A stretch of 64,000 nt of DNA from Nitrososphaerota archaeon (GTDB lineage: Archaea; Thermoproteota; Nitrososphaeria; Nitrososphaerales; Nitrosopumilaceae): NCBI GenBank assembly GCA_016201435.1, contig JACQCT010000037.1, forward strand, positions 14,908-78,907, in the 5' to 3' direction. The position numbers and the translations under genes are program-made. This document shows, piece after piece, positions 26,480 through 36,763 of this stretch. Every line of letters starts with the position of its first letter. Position 1 is the stretch's first letter. A model generated the notes under the pieces. That model was not told the DNA's origin. It was given only the letters and a program-made list of their open reading frames with translations, and did no database searches.

Positions 26480-28637
26480 GAGTAACTAACACCTCCAACG
26501 CGTTTAACCATTTGTCTCGTGCCTTATCAATCCTTAGATTTGTAATCGTTTTTGTTTTGTTTCTAAATATTATACCAGAACCAGAAAATTTACCAATGAA
26601 TGCAAATGATACATTTTTTTGTTTTAACAGAGATTTTATTTTATCAGAATTCTTTTGATCTATAACTAATAGATAACGGGAGTGAGATTCAGAAAATAGA
26701 ATCTCGTCAGGCTTTAGTTTTTGTCCAGGTATTTTATCTATTGATATAGAACAACCAATATTATTTGTAATGCATAGTTCAGATACCGCTACTGCAAGAC
26801 CGCCTTTTGAACAATCATGCACTAAATTTACCAGTTCCTGATTTATCAATTCTAATACGGTTTGTTGATTTAGTTTGGAAGATTTCATGTCTACTGTTGG
26901 AGATGTTCCACCAATTATATCGTGTATATATTCATAATATTCAGAGCCGCCAAGTTCATCTTTTGTTTCTCCTACAATAACAAGTAAGTTGTTATTTGTA
27001 ATTTTTTGTGCAAATAATGGTTTTTTATCTATCAAGCCAAGAACCCCAATCAAGGGGGTTGGTTTTATTGGACCATTGTCTGTTTCATTGTAAAAACTAA
27101 CTTTTCCTCCAACACATGGAATTTCAAAATATTTTGCAAGTTCAGATATTCCTTCCAGTGATTCTTTAAACGCCCAAAAAATTTCAGGATCTTCTGGATT
27201 TCCAAACTGTAAATGATCAACCATACCAATTGGTGTGGCCCCAGTACAAACAACATTCCTACATGCTTCTTCAAAGCATCCTATGGCACCTTGACGAGGA
27301 TTAATGTAGCATTGTTTTGAATTACCGTCAATCTTTACAGACAAAAATTTACCATTATCCAATCTGAGAACAGATGCATCATGTCCTGGTTTTATTACAG
27401 TTCTTATTCCAACCTCATGATCATATTGCCCATACACCCAGATCTTGCTTGCAATGTTAGGATTTGCGAGCATTTGAAGTAGAATTCCAGTTAGATCTTT
27501 TGGGGTATTTGGTTTTCTTATCTCTTCAATTTTTTTTAGGTATTTTGGTTTTGATGCAGGTCTGTCTAAAAGTGGAGCATTTGCAATTATACTACTAGGT
27601 AGATTTGCGATTGTGTTTGTCTCAACTCTGACTTGCATCATTCTATCTTCTTTTACTTTACCAATAACAGAGTATGGAACTCTGTATTTTTCACATATTT
27701 TTTTTAATATTGGAAGCTTTTGTCTATCCGTTATGACAAGCATTCTTTCTTGCGATTCTGAAACCATTAATTCTGTTGGGGACATACTAGCCTCTCTTTT
27801 GTGAATACGTGCGACATCCATCTCTATCCCAACAGAAAGTGCGTCTGCGGTTTCTGAAATAGCACAAGAAAGACCTCCACCGCCCAGATCCTTCATTGCT
27901 TTTATGCAGTGTTGATCTCTTGCTTCGAGTATTGCTTCTATAACCAATTTTTCTATAAATGGATCTGGGATTTGAACAGCGGAGCGGTTTTCTGACTCTA
28001 GTTTATCTGATGCAAATTGTGAACCACCCATTCCATCGCGTCCAGTAGAACCTCCAATTAAAACAACAAAGTCGTCTTTATCGGCTCTATTTTTTATGAG
28101 TTTATCTTTTTTACCAAATCCAATAGCTGCTACATCAACCAATGCATAGTTTGTGAAACATTTATCAAATTCAATTTCACCTCCAATTGTTGGAATTCCA
28201 AGACAGTTACCATAGTCTGCAATTCCACGCACTGCATTTTTAAAAAGCCATCTTGCGTGAGAATCTTTTTCAACATCACCAAATCGTAGACCGTCAAGTA
28301 TTGCAATTGGTCTTGTTCCTGCAGATAAAATATCACGGATAACACCACCTACACCCGTAGCCGCACCACCGTATGGTTCAACAGCCGAAGGATGATTGTG
28401 ACTTTCAATATGTATTGTTACAACATATCCATCGCCAACATCTAGAACTCCAGAGTCATAACCAGGACCAGATATTACTCTGCTTCCCTCTCTAGGCAAT
28501 AGTTTCAAATGTTTTTTTGAGGATTTGTATGAACAGTGTTCTGACCATTCTGCTGCAACTATCTGTAGTTCCACAGGACTGGGTTTGCGACCAATTTTCT
28601 TTTCAAGAAAAGCATGTTCTTGTGGAGTAAGACTCAT
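26472..28637 (-). CDS. purL: phosphoribosylformylglycinamidine synthase subunit II
   Basis: 721 aa, typical PurL pattern (ESHNHPSAVEPYGGAATGVGG), flanked by purQ and purF. Confidence 0.95.
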   Translation of the reverse strand: MSLTPQEHAFLEKKIGRKPSPVELQIVAAEWSEHCSYKSSKKHLKLLPREGSRVISGPGYDSGVLDVGDGYVVTIHIESHNHPSAVEPYGGAATGVGGVIRDILSAGTRPIAILDGLRFGDVEKDSHARWLFKNAVRGIADYGNCLGIPTIGGEIEFDKCFTNYALVDVAAIGFGKKDKLIKNRADKDDFVVLIGGSTGRDGMGGSQFASDKLESENRSAVQIPDPFIEKLVIEAILEARDQHCIKAMKDLGGGGLSCAISETADALSVGIEMDVARIHKREASMSPTELMVSESQERMLVITDRQKLPILKKICEKYRVPYSVIGKVKEDRMMQVRVETNTIANLPSSIIANAPLLDRPASKPKYLKKIEEIRKPNTPKDLTGILLQMLANPNIASKIWVYGQYDHEVGIRTVIKPGHDASVLRLDNGKFLSVKIDGNSKQCYINPRQGAIGCFEEACRNVVCTGATPIGMVDHLQFGNPEDPEIFWAFKESLEGISELAKYFEIPCVGGKVSFYNETDNGPIKPTPLIGVLGLIDKKPLFAQKITNNNLLVIVGETKDELGGSEYYEYIHDIIGGTSPTVDMKSSKLNQQTVLELINQELVNLVHDCSKGGLAVAVSELCITNNIGCSISIDKIPGQKLKPDEILFSESHSRYLLVIDQKNSDKIKSLLKQKNVSFAFIGKFSGSGIIFRNKTKTITNLRIDKARDKWLNALEVLVTHG

Positions 28638-29314
28638 TGCGCCACACCCAATGTATTCAACAGGGATTCAAAAATTAATGAGGCTGGTTTTGAATTATTT
28701 GGATTTATAATAGATTCTGCAGACCTTTCAGGATGTGGCATCATGCCAACAACGTTACCTTGTTTGTTACATATCCCAGCAATATCAAGTGAAGCCCCAT
28801 TTACTTCCTCACCATATGTAAAGACAATCTGATTGTTTTTCTTTAATAGTTTTAATGTATCCTTGTCAGCATAATACCTACCTTCCCCATTTGCAATTGC
28901 AATAGGAATTCTTTGATTTAGTTTTAATTTGTTAGTAAACGGAGTCTTGTTATTTTTTACTACAATCTCAGTCCATTTACACATGAATGCAAGTGATATG
29001 TTTTTAAGAAGCGCCCCTGGTAAAAGTCCTGCTTCTACAAGAATTTGAAATCCGTTACAAACGCCCAGAATTGGCATTCCTTTTTCTGCCATTTTTTTAA
29101 CGTCAGAAATTACAGGACTATGAGCAGCAATAACTCCAGCACGAAGTCTATCACCATATGAAAAACCACCTGGAAGAACTATAGCGTCGATATTTTTTGG
29201 AAGTTCGTCAGTATGCCAAACAAGTTCTGTTTTTAATTTAAAAACATCTGAAAGCACATGATGCATATCCCGATCGCAGTTACTTCCGGGAAATACAACA
29301 ACAGCTACTTTCAC
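28634..29314 (-). CDS. purQ: phosphoribosylformylglycinamidine synthase subunit I (glutaminase)
   Basis: Class I GATase: GVCNGFQIL nucleophile, MMPHPER. Confidence 0.92.
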   Translation of the reverse strand: MKVAVVVFPGSNCDRDMHHVLSDVFKLKTELVWHTDELPKNIDAIVLPGGFSYGDRLRAGVIAAHSPVISDVKKMAEKGMPILGVCNGFQILVEAGLLPGALLKNISLAFMCKWTEIVVKNNKTPFTNKLKLNQRIPIAIANGEGRYYADKDTLKLLKKNNQIVFTYGEEVNGASLDIAGICNKQGNVVGMMPHPERSAESIINPNNSKPASLIFESLLNTLGVAQ

Positions 29315-29386
29315 AATTCTACATTGCTTGACAGCATTATTAAATTGAATCGAATGAAAATGAAATCATTTTTATCCTAATACTTT

Positions 29387-29839
29387 TTGGTACTAGCTAT
29401 GGGTCAAGTACGTGACATCATGGTGCATAACGTAATTACCATAGAACATGATAAAACAGCAAAGGACGTTGCACTTTTACTTGCAGAAAAAGAAATCAGT
29501 TCCCTTGTGGTTATAAAAGACGGTATCCCCATAGGATTGGTTACAGAAAGAGATCTGGCTCGTAAAGTCTCAACTTCAGACAGAAAGAGTTCAGACGTGC
29601 CTCTCTCTGAGATAATGTCACACAACTTTAGATGGGTAGAGCCTATGACTCCAATAGAGGATGCAGTTCAAAAAATGATTAACAAGAACATTCGTAGACT
29701 CCTTGTTCTTGAGGACGGCAAACTTGCTGGAATCATAACTGAAACAGATTTGGCAAAATACTTGCGAAGTAAACTATTGATAGATGGCGCACTTGAGGAT
29801 ACCACTGCTCTGAACCGCAAGGTCGTAAAAAGTAGCTAG
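29387..29839 (+). CDS. CBS-domain pair protein
   Basis: Two CBS repeats (VITIEHDKT...GLVTERDL ; VEPMTPIEDA...GIITETDL). Confidence 0.8.
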   Translation: MVLAMGQVRDIMVHNVITIEHDKTAKDVALLLAEKEISSLVVIKDGIPIGLVTERDLARKVSTSDRKSSDVPLSEIMSHNFRWVEPMTPIEDAVQKMINKNIRRLLVLEDGKLAGIITETDLAKYLRSKLLIDGALEDTTALNRKVVKSS

Positions 29840-30096
29840 GCATCAAAACTTTCAACAGATACTTTACTAACAAGTGGATTGTAAATTCTAAATTCATTAC
29901 ATAAATCCAGTACAATTTTTTCCGCAATCTTTCGATTTTTTGCGTCTACATCAAATTTGAGCATCTTTGCAGAACGAACCTTTTTCACAGTGACATCATG
30001 ATCTTTTAGAATCAAGTCATTCAATATGGTCTCACCCTCGGGATCACTTATCTCTGGCTTGTTTTCGATTGTCACGTTCACTTTGAAAAATGGCAC
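29836..30096 (-). CDS. purS: phosphoribosylformylglycinamidine synthase subunit PurS
   Basis: 86 aa, ISDPEGETI motif, pur context. Confidence 0.75.
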   Translation of the reverse strand: MPFFKVNVTIENKPEISDPEGETILNDLILKDHDVTVKKVRSAKMLKFDVDAKNRKIAEKIVLDLCNEFRIYNPLVSKVSVESFDA

Positions 30097-30256
30097 ATGA
30101 TTTGTTTAATTGTAATTAATTTAAGCTTTGGCTATTCCGATTTTGTTTAATCAAAAGAACCGAATATCTTCCCAATTTCCTTTGAAGTTACAAATCAAGA
30201 CTCAATAATAATGATTCAGAAAAGATTAAACTTGAATAAATATTATCAAACCAATT

Positions 30257-31099
30257 ATGAGTTCAATATTCAATCCTATTGAATACAAAATCAATACTAG
30301 AACAAACTGGAATACGGTTGCATCTCAATATCATAATAATTGGGCAAATAGTGATGTTGGACCTTTTAAATCAACAAACGAATTAGTAAAAGCTGCAGAA
30401 ATCAAACCTGATGATTCTGTATTAGATGTAGCATGTGGAACAGGTGTAGTTTCAAAAGAAATTTCACACCTACTTGGAAATTCTGGAACTCTGGTTGGGA
30501 TTGATATTTCACGGGCAGCACTTGATATTGCAAAAAAATCAATTCAGTTTAAAAATGTAGATTTTATTGAAATGGATGCAGAGAGCCTTGGTTTTCATGC
30601 AAATTTTGATAAAATGGTTTGTCAATATGGTTTGATGTTTTTCCCAGATGCATACAAAGTACTAAAATCAATTAGAGATATTATGAAAAATGATGGCAAA
30701 ATAGCAATAGCAGTTCATGGAACACAGGCAGGTGTACCATATTTTAGTTGTATAATGAATTCAATTTTACACTATATTCCAGATATTAGAGTAAAAGGAA
30801 CTCCGACAGTTCACAGATTTGGAAGTCCAGATGATCTAATAAAGGAAATAAGTACTTCAGGATTTTTGGATATAAAAATAAAAAAATTTACTTTTACTTA
30901 TCACACAGGTAACTTTGAGGAATATTGGGTAGATTACATGAATTCTACTGCAAATTCAATTTGGCCAAAAATTAAAACTAAAGGAACTGAAATAGTGAAC
31001 ATAATCAAAAAAGAAGCAGAAAAAAATACCTCCCCGTTTATTAAAAATGATAAGATAGAATTTCCATGGGATGTTTTGATTGCCACAGCGTACAAATAA
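30257..31099 (+). CDS. class I SAM-dependent methyltransferase
   Basis: Motif I VLDVACGTGVVS. Confidence 0.75.
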   Translation: MSSIFNPIEYKINTRTNWNTVASQYHNNWANSDVGPFKSTNELVKAAEIKPDDSVLDVACGTGVVSKEISHLLGNSGTLVGIDISRAALDIAKKSIQFKNVDFIEMDAESLGFHANFDKMVCQYGLMFFPDAYKVLKSIRDIMKNDGKIAIAVHGTQAGVPYFSCIMNSILHYIPDIRVKGTPTVHRFGSPDDLIKEISTSGFLDIKIKKFTFTYHTGNFEEYWVDYMNSTANSIWPKIKTKGTEIVNIIKKEAEKNTSPFIKNDKIEFPWDVLIATAYK

Positions 31100-31145
31100 A
31101 GAATCTTTTGAATGTAACCGTGATTTCTTGTAATCGTAATATTCG

Positions 31146-31610
31146 TTAGGATATCTTCTTTGCAAAAGTTTCTAAATCTGAATCAAACCAAATCGTTTTT
31201 GCTTCTCCTGCAGATGTGTGTAAATTAATTGCAATGTGAGAAAATTTTTGCTTTTGAGTTGTAGAACCATGTACATGTAAAGTATATTTTGGAATAAAGA
31301 CCACATCTCCTTTTTTAAGAGAAGTTTTTGAAATTTGCCTAATTTTCAAGCCTGTTTTTACAGTACCCTTAATTTTCTTGCATATGACAAGCATTCCCAT
31401 GCCTTCAGTTACAATTAATGTCTGGCCTGTCTCATGATAATGCAGTTTGGTTTTTGCACCTTTTTGGAAAGTTACAAGGTATATTTTTTGTTCAAGTGAT
31501 TTAATTATACGTGAAATATCGTGTAGTATTACACTTCCTACAAAATACTTCTTTTTTTGCAAAATAAGATTTTTATCTACACGTACAATAGATATATTGT
31601 CTTTTTTCAT
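31146..31610 (-). CDS. cupin-domain protein
   Basis: KLHYHETGQTLIVTEGMG and PKYTLHVHG cupin motifs. Confidence 0.55.
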   Translation of the reverse strand: MKKDNISIVRVDKNLILQKKKYFVGSVILHDISRIIKSLEQKIYLVTFQKGAKTKLHYHETGQTLIVTEGMGMLVICKKIKGTVKTGLKIRQISKTSLKKGDVVFIPKYTLHVHGSTTQKQKFSHIAINLHTSAGEAKTIWFDSDLETFAKKIS

Positions 31611-31728
31611 TGCATGTTATTGGTTTTTGATATTAAATAGTTGTTACGCTAATTATTTTTTAATAATTATCTATTAACTTGTCAATGTAATAACATTTTA
31701 AACCACCCTAACTTTCCTCATACTTAAT

Positions 31729-31803
31729 GCCAACGTAGCTCAGCCTGGCTAGAGCATCTGACTTGTAATCAGAAGGTCGAGGGTCCAAATCCCTTCGTTG
31801 GCT
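31729..31803 (+). tRNA. tRNA-Thr (anticodon TGT)
   Basis: Hand-folded: acceptor GCCAACG/CGTTGGC, D arm GCTC..GAGC, anticodon arm TCTGA-CTTGTAA-TCAGA, T arm GAGGG-TCCAAAT-CCCTT; 75 nt. Confidence 0.9.
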
Positions 31804-31853
31804 TTTTAAAATAACAGACAAAAGTTAAGTAAGAACTAATTCGAAGTAAATTT

Positions 31854-32087
31854 GTGCATCGAGGATATATTTTACTAAACTGTGATCTTGGAGCAGAAGA
31901 ATACGTCGTAGAGGAATTAAAGCGCGTTCCCCAAGTTAAGAATGCATTTGTAACATTTGGTGCATATGACATCATAGTTGAGATGGAGGCCGATACACAA
32001 GAAAACTTTGACAAAGCAATTTCTCTTAAAATACGCAGTATGCCAAGAGTTGTAAGTACAATGACACTAAATATTGTAAATCAATAA
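31854..32087 (+). CDS. stand-alone Lrp/AsnC ligand-binding (RAM) domain protein
   Basis: 77 aa, GYILLNCDLGAEE...NAFVTFGAYDIIVEME; paralogue of 24796..25041. Confidence 0.6.
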   Translation: MHRGYILLNCDLGAEEYVVEELKRVPQVKNAFVTFGAYDIIVEMEADTQENFDKAISLKIRSMPRVVSTMTLNIVNQ

Positions 32088-32212
32088 CAAATGTAAGAAG
32101 ATAATGTATTGTTAAAACCATATTTATAAAAAATTAATTTTGTTTTTAGGCTAAATTTATCTGCGATCGTTTTTCGAAGGATAATTATAGAAGTGAATTA
32201 ACTTATCAGAAA

Positions 32213-32500
32213 TTGGAAAAAATTGAATACGTGGGTACTGTTTGGGCAATAAACCACGGATTACCAGAGCCGTTACTTAATCATTGTATAAAGAAGCTTG
32301 TCGATTACGGAATAAAAAAAGAGGATATAGTTATTACTGATGCACCATCTGATGTAAAGATAGGAACGGTGGTAGTGGACATTTGGCCGTATCATTTGGA
32401 GGTAGGGCGTGTTAGAACAGTAAGAAATGATTCCTATATCAGTGGAAGTGTGCTGATAATAGAGCTCAAAGCAGACGCTGAAGGAACTTATATCGATTAG
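32213..32500 (+). CDS. hypothetical protein
   Basis: 95-aa ORF, no family recognised. Confidence 0.4.
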   Translation: MEKIEYVGTVWAINHGLPEPLLNHCIKKLVDYGIKKEDIVITDAPSDVKIGTVVVDIWPYHLEVGRVRTVRNDSYISGSVLIIELKADAEGTYID

Positions 32501-32564
32501 AACGTTTTTCAAAAAAATTCATGTTTTTTAGAATAGATTTATTTCATATCTAAAATTACCAACA

Positions 32565-33074
32565 GTGTTGAAGAAAAGAAAAGCTCCAAATCCAAAAAAG
32601 AAAATGCAGATGGCAATTGTTGCAGGAGCAATAATAATTGGAGGAGTCATTATGCTAAATTATAATCTCGATCAAGCAAAAATATCAGGTCAGAGTTTTG
32701 GCGATAGTCTTGCACAGATACAAAATGATCTCAAAAATGAGACTGCCAATTATGATGCAAAAATTACATTGTATCAAAATGGAAACATAACAAAACAAGA
32801 CATATTACAAATTTCAGATACACACATAGCTGTTCTAAACGAGACGTTATCAAAATATAACAAGATAAAACCACCAGGGCCTTTTGCCCCTTCATTAGAA
32901 TTATTCAGACTTTCTACTCAAGCGCAACTTGATAGTGATAAACTCTTAAAACAATGGATCCAGACAGGAGACAATTCTACTAAGATAAGATCTGATCAAC
33001 TCCTAGGACAGTCATTTTATTATGAGACAAGGGCTCTTGATTCATTTAACAAGGCCAAAACAAATTCAGAATAA
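32565..33074 (+). CDS. membrane-anchored hypothetical protein
   Basis: Basic N-terminus plus one TM helix (MAIVAGAIIIGGVIML), helical ectodomain. Confidence 0.45.
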   Translation: MLKKRKAPNPKKKMQMAIVAGAIIIGGVIMLNYNLDQAKISGQSFGDSLAQIQNDLKNETANYDAKITLYQNGNITKQDILQISDTHIAVLNETLSKYNKIKPPGPFAPSLELFRLSTQAQLDSDKLLKQWIQTGDNSTKIRSDQLLGQSFYYETRALDSFNKAKTNSE

Positions 33075-33090
33075 TTTCTTATCATAAATT

Positions 33091-33549
33091 CTACAGCAAG
33101 CCTTGTTTGTTTAATACATCAAGCGTGAAACGGAGTTCTTCAAGAAGAGCATTTTTTTCTAAAGGAGCAGGTACGGCAAATGCAACTGGGAATGTGATAC
33201 TTAGCATGTCTGGATCTGTGTGAGATACACGAATTTTGTGGCTTTGGTTTTTTTGAGATGCAAGAAAATTTTGCCACCACAAAATTCTATCTCTCACTTC
33301 GTCCATTCTTGCCTCAAGATAATCCATGTCTATTTCACTATCAAGACTAAATATGCCAAATTTTATCATGGGAAGTAATAGATAGCCACCTGGGATTTTT
33401 TCATGTTTTTTATGCATTTCTTCAATTACTTCGTCAGTCTTTTCTTGTGGAAATATATCTCCATACTCTGGAGCAAAATATCCTGCAATGTTTTTGTTCT
33501 CATCAAAAATTCGAAAATAATCTCCTTCTCGCTCAAACTTCCATTGCAT
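33091..33549 (-). CDS. hypothetical protein
   Basis: 152-aa ORF. Confidence 0.45.
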   Translation of the reverse strand: MQWKFEREGDYFRIFDENKNIAGYFAPEYGDIFPQEKTDEVIEEMHKKHEKIPGGYLLLPMIKFGIFSLDSEIDMDYLEARMDEVRDRILWWQNFLASQKNQSHKIRVSHTDPDMLSITFPVAFAVPAPLEKNALLEELRFTLDVLNKQGLL

Positions 33550-33574
33550 GTTTGTAGGTAAAAATGATTAATAA

Positions 33575-33694
33575 TTAAGCCATTTGAGTTGTGCTCAAGC
33601 ATTTTCCACAAAAATAGCCTTTACCAGTATTAAACATGGTAGAGTTTTTACACTGCGGACATTCTTTGTTTATTCTATTAATTTCTATAGGCAT
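33575..33694 (-). CDS. zinc-ribbon mini-protein (39 aa)
   Basis: Hand-translated: MPIEINRINKECPQCKNSTMFNTGKGYFCGKCLSTTQMA; CxxC...CxxC; 25 nt upstream of 33091..33549. Confidence 0.4.
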   Translation of the reverse strand: MPIEINRINKECPQCKNSTMFNTGKGYFCGKCLSTTQMA

Positions 33695-33847
33695 GACAAA
33701 GAATTTCCGATCGATCTAAAAAGAAACTGGGTCAATATTATGTTAGTATTTTCTCTAATTACATGACATCAAAATGAATGTATGTGGAATTTTTGTTCAT
33801 TTTCTTTAAAATCAAACATTATAAACGATAGTTTGAGATCTTAAGTA

Positions 33848-34132
33848 TTGACCATCCCTGCTACAACCAAAGATTTCATTAACAATCTCATAGATTATTA
33901 CATCAGCGAGTCTTCCTCATACAAGCAGTTTGCACAAGAATGTGCTTCAGATGTTACAGATATCTCCACTGCAACTTTTGGAATAATAATTGGTTGTGTA
34001 TATTCAGGGTTTTTACAAGCTTATGCAAATCAGAAACAAAAACCAAGTCTTGACGACATTCAGGAATTTCATCAAATCATCAAGCGAAGAGCAGATCAAA
34101 TCAGAAAAGGCATTTTTGATGCGAAAATTTAG
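33848..34132 (+). CDS. hypothetical protein
   Basis: 94-aa ORF. Confidence 0.4.
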   Translation: MTIPATTKDFINNLIDYYISESSSYKQFAQECASDVTDISTATFGIIIGCVYSGFLQAYANQKQKPSLDDIQEFHQIIKRRADQIRKGIFDAKI

Positions 34133-34176
34133 TTTATTTGCGTTAGAGATAAATCCCTACACCATTTAGGACACAC

Positions 34177-34497
34177 ATGTCAGAAGTAATTCATTACCAA
34201 ATTCAGCAGCTTGTAGACAATGGTCAGACGGTTCAATTATCACTTGTTGAAGACGTACAAACTGAACCCATGTCACAAAAACAGCTCATGCTTGATGCAA
34301 TTAATAACAAGCTAGACCCAGAACTCAGAGAACAAATAACTCCATTTATTGAAGCAATACTTCAATCCCAACCAACAGTTGCAATAAAAAGTTACGCGCA
34401 GACAGCGATAACAATCATCATGCCAAAACGCAGATACGAAAGAATGGGCAGCCCAAGTGTTGGACAAAAATTAGAGATAAATATTAAAAAAGTTTAA
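34177..34497 (+). CDS. hypothetical protein
   Basis: 106-aa ORF. Confidence 0.4.
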   Translation: MSEVIHYQIQQLVDNGQTVQLSLVEDVQTEPMSQKQLMLDAINNKLDPELREQITPFIEAILQSQPTVAIKSYAQTAITIIMPKRRYERMGSPSVGQKLEINIKKV

Positions 34498-36533
34498 AGT
34501 AATTTTTCTATTTCCGGTAAGGAATAAAGCGGCAATGAGCATGTAAAATTTTTGCATACAAAAACCTTGGTTCTTGTTTTGTCATACTCTTTTCCTGCAA
34601 AAAATGGGTACTTTGCCAAGTCTTCTATATATTCTGCTTTTGGGATTGTCACTAGTATTGACTCTGGCAGAAACATTCTAGTGAGATTTGTATAAATCTC
34701 ACGGTTTTCCTCATTTAGCAAAGTGATCTCAGTTGGATTTTGCAAGTAGAGATACATTGCAATTAGAAGTTGCCCAAATCCAAATGGGTTTTCTGCTGCC
34801 ATTGTTGAAAGTGATTCCATTATCTTAACTGAAACATCAAGATACCTTTTGTTTTGCGTAATATGATATAGTCTTAGAAAGGTGTTTGCTGCAACTGAAT
34901 TTCCTGATGGAAGTGATAGATCGTAGATGTTTTTTGTTCGAATAATTAACTGCTCGTGATTGTCAGCTGTGAAAAAAAAGTTTTTTTCGTTCTCATCCCA
35001 AAAATGTTCAAGTAAATAATCTGCATAATAAATTGCAAGTTCAAGATATTTTTTATCCGGATTTGTTTCAAAAAGGTCTAAAAGTGCGTTTGTAAAATAT
35101 GTGTAGTCATCAAGATATGCTTTAAGCTTTGCCTGACCGTCTTTGTATGTTCTTAAAAGCTCGCCATTTTTTGTGAGTTTTTCTTGGATAAAGCTGATGC
35201 ACTTTTCTGCTGCTTCTAAAAATCTTTTTTCCTCGGATATTTTAAATCCTTTAACAAATGCAGATATCATCAATGCGTTCCAGCTTGTAAGGATTTTTTC
35301 GTCTTTTCCTGGTGGCACCCGTTTTGAGCGTACTTCGTAGAGTTTTTCAGAGCACTTTTTTATGATTTCTTTTACTTCTTGTTCTGTTTTGCCAAATTGA
35401 AATGCCGTAGTAGATGTGTTGATACTATTATGTAATATCGTATGACCCTCAAAATTTCCACCATCAGTTACGTCAAAATAAAGACAAAAGATGTCAGTAT
35501 CCTTACCTAAGATTTCTTGGATCTCATTTTTCTTCCAAACATAGAATTTACCTTCTTCCCCTTCTGAATCTGCATCCTGCGCAGAATAAAATCCACCGTC
35601 AGAAGATGTCATCTCACGTAATACATACTGCAAAGTTTGATTGACGACTTCAAGATATCTTGAATCTTTAGTGATTTGATATGCTTCTGCATAAACTATT
35701 GGTAAGAGCGCATTATCATATAGCATCTTTTCAAAATGAGGTACAAGCCACCTAGAGTCTGTAGAATATCTGTGAAATCCACCACCAAGGTGATCATAAA
35801 TCCCACCATTTGCCATCTTGTTTAATGTCTTGAAAACAAACTCTTGAAATCTTGCAATTCCAGAAAGTTTAGAGTATCTTAGTATAAAAGAAAGATTTGC
35901 AGCATTAGGAAACTTTGGAGCTTGCCCAAATCCTCCATTTATTGGGTCGCCCATAGAAAGAAGGTTTAGTGCAGCCTCGTCAAGTATTGTTTTCTCTAGC
36001 TTTGTCGATGATGATATTGATTCAGTTCGTTGTAGTGCGTTCATAAAATTCTCAGTTGTAGCTTCAACATCATGTGGTTTTTCTTTCCAAGATTGTGCTA
36101 ATTGCCTCAGTAAACTACCAAAACCTGGTCTTCCATAGTTGTCCAGTGGTGGGAAATAAGTGCCAACATAAAATGGCTTTTGTTCAGGGGTAAGAAATAC
36201 GCTCAATGGCCAACCTCCACTGCCAGTGGTTAGCTGACAAACTTTTTGATAAATATCATCAATGTCTGGTCGTTCCTCTCGGTCTACTTTGATATTAACA
36301 AAATTCTCGTTCATGAATTGTGCAATATCTTCATTTTCAAATGATTCATGTGCCATTACATGGCACCAATGACAGGCGCTATATCCTATGCTTAAAAAAA
36401 TGGGTTTGTTTTCATCTTTTGCTTTTTTTAATGCTTCTTCTCCCCAGGTATACCATTCTACAGGATTGTATGCATGTTGTAAAAGATACGGGCTGGTTTC
36501 TTTTATGAGGTTATTTGCTTGCACACAATTCAA
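34494..36533 (-). CDS. thioredoxin-domain protein, DUF255/YyaL family (N-terminal Trx-like plus alpha/alpha-toroid domain)
   Basis: Hallmark [16 protein letters not shown] motif, 679 aa. Confidence 0.8.
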   Translation of the reverse strand: MNCVQANNLIKETSPYLLQHAYNPVEWYTWGEEALKKAKDENKPIFLSIGYSACHWCHVMAHESFENEDIAQFMNENFVNIKVDREERPDIDDIYQKVCQLTTGSGGWPLSVFLTPEQKPFYVGTYFPPLDNYGRPGFGSLLRQLAQSWKEKPHDVEATTENFMNALQRTESISSSTKLEKTILDEAALNLLSMGDPINGGFGQAPKFPNAANLSFILRYSKLSGIARFQEFVFKTLNKMANGGIYDHLGGGFHRYSTDSRWLVPHFEKMLYDNALLPIVYAEAYQITKDSRYLEVVNQTLQYVLREMTSSDGGFYSAQDADSEGEEGKFYVWKKNEIQEILGKDTDIFCLYFDVTDGGNFEGHTILHNSINTSTTAFQFGKTEQEVKEIIKKCSEKLYEVRSKRVPPGKDEKILTSWNALMISAFVKGFKISEEKRFLEAAEKCISFIQEKLTKNGELLRTYKDGQAKLKAYLDDYTYFTNALLDLFETNPDKKYLELAIYYADYLLEHFWDENEKNFFFTADNHEQLIIRTKNIYDLSLPSGNSVAANTFLRLYHITQNKRYLDVSVKIMESLSTMAAENPFGFGQLLIAMYLYLQNPTEITLLNEENREIYTNLTRMFLPESILVTIPKAEYIEDLAKYPFFAGKEYDKTRTKVFVCKNFTCSLPLYSLPEIEKLL

Positions 36534-36596
36534 AGATTAGTTTGGTTATTTGTATGTAATTCAAATGTTAAATAAACGATAAAATTACTTTTGCAT

Positions 36597-36749
36597 ATGA
36601 ATTGCAAGAGATGTCATCATGTTGACCAAATACATGAACCGTCAGACAAAAATCACTCTCTTGCAAAAGTAGGCAAGTGCCTTATACCACAATGTTCATG
36701 CACACAGTATATAGATCCCATAGAAGAAATTGATGAGGATTTACTTTAA
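36597..36749 (+). CDS. cysteine/histidine-rich mini-protein (50 aa)
   Basis: Hand-translated: MNCKRCHHVDQIHEPSDKNHSLAKVGKCLIPQCSCTQYIDPIEEIDEDLL. Confidence 0.35.
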   Translation: MNCKRCHHVDQIHEPSDKNHSLAKVGKCLIPQCSCTQYIDPIEEIDEDLL

Positions 36750-36763
36750 TTATATAATTTGTA

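Noticed and set aside
31769-32014. 81-aa minus-strand ORF
   Set aside because: It overlaps tRNA-Thr and the better-supported RAM-domain gene on the plus strand.
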